From: Gemmatimonadota bacterium
Lineage (GTDB): Bacteria; Gemmatimonadota; Gemmatimonadetes; Gemmatimonadales; GWC2-71-9
DNA: 64,000 bases
Direction: 5' to 3'
Assembly (NCBI GenBank): GCA_031382385.1
Contig: JANMYS010000174.1
Span: 10,568-74,567 of the forward strand
Shown: positions 60,626 to 64,000 of the stretch, piece after piece
How the letters are laid out: each line of letters begins with the position of its first letter
Position numbering within the stretch: position 1 is the stretch's first letter
Notes under the pieces: model-generated
What the model saw: the letters and a program-made list of their open reading frames with translations, nothing else
The model's database searches: none
What the model was told of the DNA's origin: nothing
Translations under genes and position numbers: made by a program

Positions 60626-60897
60626 CCGTGAGGGTGAGCAGCGAAGTTACTCGCACCGAGGTGGACGGCAAATCCTTGCTGCCTGGCAGGTAATCATTTC
60701 GATCTGAATCCCGCGGTAGCGCAGCGGGCGCCCCTCGCCTATACTTGTCCCAGATCTGGACCGGGAGAGACAACCCGGCCAGCCTTGTCGCGCGGAGCCT
60801 GATCCGCGAGTCGAAGGCGTGCATCAGCCATCCCTTGGGGATGCTGGTCGCGCCTTTTGTGTTTCACGATGTATTTTCCCCGCACGCTGGAGGTTGT

Positions 60898-61119
60898 ATG
60901 CGTCCCCTCGTCCTTATCGGCATCATCGTCGCCATCATCGGCGGCATCGTCATGTACAACGGTGGCAGTTTCACGACGCGGAAGAAACTTGTCGAGATCG
61001 GCGATGTGAAGATCACCGGCCCGGAGGAGCACTCGATTCCGCAGTGGGCCGCCGGCGTCGCGATCCTCGCGGGCCTCGGTCTCGTCGTTGTCGGTTCACA
61101 ACGGCGCGGCTCGACCTGA
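60898..61119 (+). CDS. Small two-TM membrane protein (73 aa)
   Basis: GGAGG lies 5 nt before the ATG at 60898. The two hydrophobic helices are 'PLVLIGIIVAIIGGIVM' and 'WAAGVAILAGLGLVVVG'. Confidence 0.55.
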   Translation: MRPLVLIGIIVAIIGGIVMYNGGSFTTRKKLVEIGDVKITGPEEHSIPQWAAGVAILAGLGLVVVGSQRRGST

Positions 61120-61180
61120 ACCGGCCGGTGGCGCCGCACGCTGTGTGCGGGCATCCTGCATCATGAATGGGGGAATTCAC

Positions 61181-61462
61181 ATGCCGCTGAAGAGCATCGG
61201 GAACTTCGAGAAACGGTGGGTCTCGCTCCGCAAGCTGCTGGCCGCGCAGCTCAAGGACTTGAAGGCCGATCAGAAGGCGATCGCCAAGCAGGTCCGGCAG
61301 TACAAGGTGATGAAGGACGCCGCGCGCCTGCGCGGCGCCATCGCCCACTCGCGGCAGGTCGAGCGCGCACTGGCGGCCACCACCCGCTTCATCGCCACGA
61401 AGGACCGGCTGGTGAAGGAAGCCGCCAGGCGGGGCAAGCTGCTGAAGCGCGCCCTGCGCTGA
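61181..61462 (+). CDS. Small basic, predicted all-helical hypothetical protein (93 aa)
   Basis: An ATG at 61181 opens the ORF. Third codon positions are strongly GC-rich. The sequence is Lys/Arg/Ala-rich and heptad-like. Confidence 0.5.
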   Translation: MPLKSIGNFEKRWVSLRKLLAAQLKDLKADQKAIAKQVRQYKVMKDAARLRGAIAHSRQVERALAATTRFIATKDRLVKEAARRGKLLKRALR

Positions 61463-61528
61463 AGGCTGACTGGCACCGCCCTCCGGTCCGGCGTCGGGCC
61501 GGGGGCGCGGACCATTCCTCCCGCCGGG

Positions 61529-62089
61529 ATGGGCATGACCGCTCCACCGTTCGGCACGATTCGCCGCTGCGCTCCCGCCGAGGCTGCGGTGCTCGCGGAA
61601 CTCGGCGCGCGTCTTTTCCGGGAGGCGTACGGCGACAGCCATCCCGAGCCCGATCTCACACCCTACCTCGCGCAAACCTTTGACCCCGTGCGCCTCGCCG
61701 ATGAACTGGCGCAGCCGGAGGTCCTCGTATGCTTCGCCGAGGATCAGGCCGGCGTGCCCATCGGGTACGGCTATGTGCGGGCATCGGGTCCTGAGCGGCC
61801 GGTGGGCGTGCCGGGCCTTCGGCCCTGGGAAGTCCTGCGTTTCTACGTCGACGGACGCTGGCATGGCCGGGGCGTGGCTGCCGCGCTTTTTGCCGCCTGC
61901 AGTCACGGGGCACGGCGGCGGGGAGCCGATGCGCTCTGGCTCGCGGTCTGGCAGGAGGCCAGGCGTCCGCAGGCCTTCTACCGTCGCATGGGGCTCGAGA
62001 TTGTCGGGACGGCGGTGTTTCACTTCGGGCAACGGCGGGATGCCGACTTCGTGATGGCGGCGGCACTCCCGGAAGCGCGCGAGGGGTGA
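61529..62089 (+). CDS. GNAT-family N-acetyltransferase
   Basis: 'LRFYVDGRWHGRGVAAALF' is the Q/RxxGxG/A acetyl-CoA motif. 'LWLAVWQEARRPQAFYRRMGLEIVG' is also present. Confidence 0.85.
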   Translation: MGMTAPPFGTIRRCAPAEAAVLAELGARLFREAYGDSHPEPDLTPYLAQTFDPVRLADELAQPEVLVCFAEDQAGVPIGYGYVRASGPERPVGVPGLRPWEVLRFYVDGRWHGRGVAAALFAACSHGARRRGADALWLAVWQEARRPQAFYRRMGLEIVGTAVFHFGQRRDADFVMAAALPEAREG

Positions 62090-62185
62090 CGGTCGCTGAC
62101 GCCCCCGCCCATTTGGGCGATACCAGCGCCGCACAACTTCCGGCACCTTCCCCTCCAGCTCGCATGCCACCACCCGGAGGAACTC

Positions 62186-63097
62186 ATGTCCGACCCTCTT
62201 CTTGCCCTCTCTGAGTCTCTCGCCAGCGCGGTGGATCGCGCCGCGCCGGCGATTGTCTCCGTCCACGCGCGCCCGCGGCTCCCCTCGACCGGGGTTCACT
62301 GGCGCGATGGCCTGATCGTCACCACCGACGGCACCATCCGGCGAACCGAAGGGATCACCATCACCCTGCCTGATGGCCGCTCGATTCCCGCGACGCTGAA
62401 GGGTCGCGACCCCGGCACCGACCTCGCGGTCCTGGCCATTCCGCCCGGTCTGCTCCCGGTCGCTTCGCTGGCCACGACCCGGCTCCGGCCGGGCCACCTG
62501 GTGCTGGCCATCGGTCGGGTGGATGAGAGCGGCCCCTGGACCAGCTTCGGGGCGGTCAGCACGATCGGAGGGACCTGGCGCACCTGGAAGGGCGGGGAGG
62601 TGGATTGGCGGCTCCAATCGGGGCTGACGATCTATCCCGGCATGGGAGGCGGCCCGCTGATCGATGCGGCGGGGCTGGTGCATGGGATCAATTCGGGCGG
62701 GTTCAGCCGCCCGCTGGCGACGACGATCCCGGTACAGACCGTGGAGCGGGTGCTTAACGCGCTGCTCAGCAGCGGGTACGTCGCCCGCGGCTACGTCGGC
62801 GCTGCGCTCCAGGCGGCGCGCTTCTCCGATGCGGCCCGAGCTCGGATGAACCTGACCCGGGAGGGTGGGCTCGTCATTCTCGAGGTGGATGCCGACGGAC
62901 CAGCCGGCGCCGCCGGGCTGTTGCTGGGCGACGTCCTGCTCACCGCGAATGATGTCGTGCTGGAGACGCCGGACGACCTGCTGAATCTGCTGGGACCGAC
63001 AATGGTGGGCCGCACCATTCGACTGGAGATCGTGCGTGGCGGCAGCCCGACCACCGCGGAGTTGCTGGTGGGGGAACGCCCACGGAAGCGCGCCTGA
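62186..63097 (+). CDS. HtrA/DegP-like (S1C fold) protein with a PDZ domain, catalytic His and Ser replaced
   Basis: The fold markers 'GTDLAVLAI' and 'G..GGPLID..G.V.GINS' are conserved. However, 'VTTDGTI' replaces 'TNxHVV' and 'PGMGGGPL' replaces 'GNSGGPL'. The C-terminal PDZ reads 'GLVILEVDADGPAGAAGLLLGDVLL..ND'. Confidence 0.85.
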   Translation: MSDPLLALSESLASAVDRAAPAIVSVHARPRLPSTGVHWRDGLIVTTDGTIRRTEGITITLPDGRSIPATLKGRDPGTDLAVLAIPPGLLPVASLATTRLRPGHLVLAIGRVDESGPWTSFGAVSTIGGTWRTWKGGEVDWRLQSGLTIYPGMGGGPLIDAAGLVHGINSGGFSRPLATTIPVQTVERVLNALLSSGYVARGYVGAALQAARFSDAARARMNLTREGGLVILEVDADGPAGAAGLLLGDVLLTANDVVLETPDDLLNLLGPTMVGRTIRLEIVRGGSPTTAELLVGERPRKRA

Positions 63098-63103
63098 TCG
63101 CGG

Positions 63104-63694
63104 ATGGCCCCTCTTCGTGTCCTGATCGTCGCCACCACGCCGCGGGCGCTCGCCAACGATCGCGCCCTGCTTGCGGCCGACCCCGAGATCGCACTGGTCA
63201 CCGATGCCGACGACGCTGATGTGACGCTGCTCGATCTCACCGAGGCGGTGGCCGACGAGTTGCCCGCCGGTGCCGGTGACCTGGGCCGCACCCTCTTCCT
63301 GCTGTCCGATGCCGGCCAGGACCGCCTGATGAACGCCGCCCGGGCGCGCGGCGCCAGCGTCGTGACCGACGATATCTCCCGGGCACAGCTGCTGCTCGCG
63401 CTACGCACCGTGGCGAGCGGCCTGCGGGTCCAGATGGCACGGCCGGCATCCCGCGGCAGTGAGTCCCGGTCCCGGCCCGGTACCGCTGTGCCGACCGATG
63501 ATCTCACGCCCCGGGAACGCGAGATCCTGCGGCTGCTCGCCGAAGGGCTGGCCAATCGGGAAATCGCGGCCCAGCTCGGTCTGTCCGATCACACGGTGAA
63601 GTTCCACCTGCGCGCCGTCTTCACCAAACTCGGGGCCCACTCCCGGACCGAGGCCGTCAGCCTGGCCGTGCGTCGCGGGTTGCTCATGCTTTGA
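63104..63694 (+). CDS. LuxR-family DNA-binding protein with an atypical receiver-like N-terminal domain
   Basis: The C-terminal HTH is 'LTPREREILRLLAEGLANREIAAQLGLSDHTVKFHLRAVFTKLG'. The N-terminus 'RVLIVATTP' lacks the acidic DD pair. It starts 6 nt after the upstream stop. Confidence 0.88.
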   Translation: MAPLRVLIVATTPRALANDRALLAADPEIALVTDADDADVTLLDLTEAVADELPAGAGDLGRTLFLLSDAGQDRLMNAARARGASVVTDDISRAQLLLALRTVASGLRVQMARPASRGSESRSRPGTAVPTDDLTPREREILRLLAEGLANREIAAQLGLSDHTVKFHLRAVFTKLGAHSRTEAVSLAVRRGLLML

Positions 63695-63727
63695 GCCTGC
63701 GGACGCGTGCGTCAGAAATGACCGGGT

Positions 63728-63755
63728 GCCGCATCACGCTGTGGCATGATGCGGC
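63728..63755. terminator. Hairpin between convergent genes
   Basis: GCCGCATCA-N10-TGATGCGGC forms a 9-bp stem. There is no U-tract. Confidence 0.35.
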
Positions 63756-63774
63756 GGCGGACGAGTTGCAGCGA

Positions 63775-64000
63775 TCAGCCGGCGACGTTCAGTTGCGTGC
63801 CAGTGGTCGGCGCCGAGCTGCTGGCGTAGCTGAAGCTCACGCTGACGTAGGTGAACGTCATCGAGATGCTCATTCCGGGCTGCGGCATCACGTCCGCGCT
63901 CACGTCGGCGTTCTCCCTCGCCTCACGCGCTGCGCGGAACATCTGGAGGTGCTCCTGCAGCACGCCGAAGGCGGCCTTGGCGTTCTCCATGTCGCCGGCA
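63775..64000 (-). CDS. Hypothetical protein; the 5' end probably lies outside the window
   Basis: The frame stays open to the window edge beyond the ATG at 63990. Third codon positions are strongly GC-rich. I recognise no family. Confidence 0.4.
   Translation of the reverse strand, partial: AGDMENAKAAFGVLQEHLQMFRAAREARENADVSADVMPQPGMSISMTFTYVSVSFSYASSSAPTTGTQLNVAG

Noticed and set aside
1-64000. I looked for mobile elements, integrases, tRNA-flanked islands, CRISPR arrays, rRNA genes and compositionally foreign segments.
   Set aside because: I found none. By eye, the GC content and codon style are uniform across the window apart from the short AT-rich regulatory and terminator islands already listed. 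The caspase locus therefore does not look like a recent horizontal insertion on compositional grounds. This was not quantified.

Overview
This is very GC-rich chromosomal DNA (roughly two-thirds G+C by eye, not computed) from a diderm bacterium. The gene content and four PknB-type kinases sharing a 'GRGGMATVY...VA.KVLRPEL' N-terminus suggest a Gemmatimonadota/Acidobacteria-like soil lineage, but that is inference only. About 50 protein-coding genes are supportable. I found no rRNA, tRNA, CRISPR array, transposase, integrase or prophage signature. Because of the GC content, nearly every real gene is shadowed by long stop-free antisense or off-frame ORFs, and I rejected these.

Gene blocks in order:
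- 1-1.5 kb: Ig-like repeat surface protein (5' partial).
- 2.0-2.5 kb: mscL.
- 2.9-8.5 kb (minus strand): tightly packed operon of DUF4956, a SdiA-regulated-like propeller, an Omp85-like OMP and a metallophosphoesterase.
- 8.7-9.8 kb: divergent second DUF4956 paralog.
- 10.1-18.3 kb: GAF-GGDEF cyclase, glutathione peroxidase, YceI, and two Ser/Thr kinases.
- 18.3-22.2 kb: a polyproline-repeat miniprotein followed by a 1173-aa caspase plus alpha/beta-hydrolase fusion.
- 22.5-37.8 kb: a beta-glucan (laminarin-type) utilisation locus. It holds a CBM-repeat lipoprotein, a ROK regulator, GH16, a GPH symporter, two GH3 enzymes, and a clan GH-A TIM-barrel fused to a predicted outer-membrane beta-barrel. 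The locus is bracketed by two copies of one palindromic operator.
- 38.2-42.6 kb: a third kinase, then a kinase / ECF42-like sigma / YCII operon.
- 42.9-55.0 kb: ggt, Tat-TldD/PmbA, and a MoxR-DUF58-BatA_N-DUF4159 operon.
- 55.5-64.0 kb: DUF445, yaeQ, a triad-less alpha/beta-hydrolase fold protein, an M1 peptidase, small proteins, GNAT, and a triad-less HtrA/PDZ protein with an atypical LuxR regulator.

The best candidates for something undescribed are:
- The kinase / (REGAPPPPPPGxG)n miniprotein / caspase-lipase module at 15.4-22.2 kb.
- The glycoside-hydrolase/beta-barrel fusion and its operator-defined regulon at 22.5-37.9 kb.

All family assignments rest on motif recognition by eye. No database search was run.
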